Source: Candidatus Magasanikiibacteriota bacterium
Lineage (GTDB): Bacteria; Patescibacteriota; Patescibacteriia; Magasanikbacterales; GWA2-37-8
Assembly (NCBI GenBank): GCA_963840935.1
Contig: CAWJAS010000002.1
Coordinates: forward strand, 7,333 to 71,332
Direction of reading: 5' to 3'
Length of the DNA: 64,000 nucleotides
Every line of letters begins with the position of its first letter. Positions within the stretch are counted from its first letter, which is position 1. Below the pieces are notes generated by a model. It saw only the letters and a program-made list of their open reading frames with translations. It was not told where the DNA came from and did not search any database. Shown here in pieces: positions 63,247 through 64,000 of the stretch. The position numbers and the translations under genes are program-made.

Positions 63247-64000
63247 GAGAAACTTTGCCGTCCAGCTTTTTTTATTTTTTAATAATTTTTCCAGCGGGCC
63301 CTCGGCAATCAATTCTCCGCCGTGTTTGCCTCCATCCGGCCCAAGTTCAATAATCCAATCACAGTTTTTTATTACATCGGCATTGTGTTCAATAATAAGA
63401 ACGGTATTGCCTTTGCTAACCAACTGCTCAAGCACCTGTAGCAAACGCCCAATGTCTTCAAAATGAAGGCCTGTGGTCGGCTCATCCAAAATATATAATG
63501 TTGAGCCGGTTGAAGCGCGCGCCAGCTCAGTGGCTAATTTTATTCTTTGCGCTTCTCCACCGGACAATGTAGTTGCCGGTTGCCCCAATCGCAAATAGCC
63601 CAAACCAACATCACGCAACACATTTAATTTTTGTGAAACCTGCCTGTCGCTGGCAAAAAATTTGTAGGCTTCCTCCACCGTCATATTAAGCACATCGGCA
63701 ATATTTTTTCCTTTATAATGAATTTCTAAAGCCTCTTGATTATAGCGCGAGCCATTACACTCATCGCAAACCACAAAAACATCAGCCAAAAATTGCATCG
63801 GGATCCGCACATACCCTTCGCCGGCACAAGCTTCACAGCGTCCTCCGCCTTTCACATTGAAACTGAATTTACCGGCGTCAAAACGGCGCATCTTCGCTTC
63901 CGGCAAACCGGCAAATAAATCTCTAATGATGGTGAATACTCCGGTGTATGTGGCCGGATTTGATCTGGGAGTGCGCCCTATCGGCAATTGGTCGATAGCA
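63241..64000 (-). CDS. uvrA: excinuclease ABC subunit A, C-terminal ~250 aa (gene continues beyond the window)
   Basis: [90 protein letters not shown]; upstream Cys ribbon [12 protein letters not shown]...[10 protein letters not shown]. Confidence 0.9.
   Translation of the reverse strand, partial: AIDQLPIGRTPRSNPATYTGVFTIIRDLFAGLPEAKMRRFDAGKFSFNVKGGGRCEACAGEGYVRIPMQFLADVFVVCDECNGSRYNQEALEIHYKGKNIADVLNMTVEEAYKFFASDRQVSQKLNVLRDVGLGYLRLGQPATTLSGGEAQRIKLATELARASTGSTLYILDEPTTGLHFEDIGRLLQVLEQLVSKGNTVLIIEHNADVIKNCDWIIELGPDGGKHGGELIAEGPLEKLLKNKKSWTAKFLK

Overview
Most of this window (from about 1,908 to 64,000) is an AT-rich (~35-40% GC), gene-dense bacterial segment. The 16S signature (CTGCAG in place of the usual GCAGCAG), many short and split genes, a giant surface protein and a missing rimM point to a Candidate Phyla Radiation (Parcubacteria-like) genome. 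The first ~1.9 kb is a different, ~65% GC sequence: a 5'-3' exonuclease, an ECF sigma factor, a zf-HC2 anti-sigma factor and a cytochrome b561-like gene, all frameshifted or truncated. It is joined directly to a 16S rRNA gene that lacks its 3' ~300 nt, which suggests a chimeric join or a decayed foreign insertion. Housekeeping content includes trmD, a KH protein, rpsP, smc, nrnA, clpP, hsp20, rsmA, tsaC, prfB, a speA-like decarboxylase, rodA/ftsW, gyrB, secE-nusG-rplK, queA, mltG, gmk, rplS, partial uvrA, tRNA-Ser(GCU) and tRNA-Ile(UAU). Accessory content worth attention: (i) a 4.4 kb operon (XRE regulator, DEAH helicase, beta-class DNA methyltransferase, two unknown proteins) bounded by ~405 bp inverted repeats full of long perfect hairpins, next to a frameshifted large serine recombinase whose 3' end and the first 6 nt of the convergent tRNA-Ser are duplicated as a second inverted repeat; (ii) a T4SS-like cluster (PrgI/VirB3-like, split VirB4, large polytopic membrane protein) with a ComFC gene, a 2,758-aa surface protein and a TSP3-repeat protein; (iii) four copies of a 114 bp MITE-like intergenic element with covarying stems; (iv) two GC-rich lipoprotein genes with (DTDS)n repeats; (v) several GC-rich, strongly structured intergenic elements that look like unannotated ncRNAs. 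No CRISPR array was seen.
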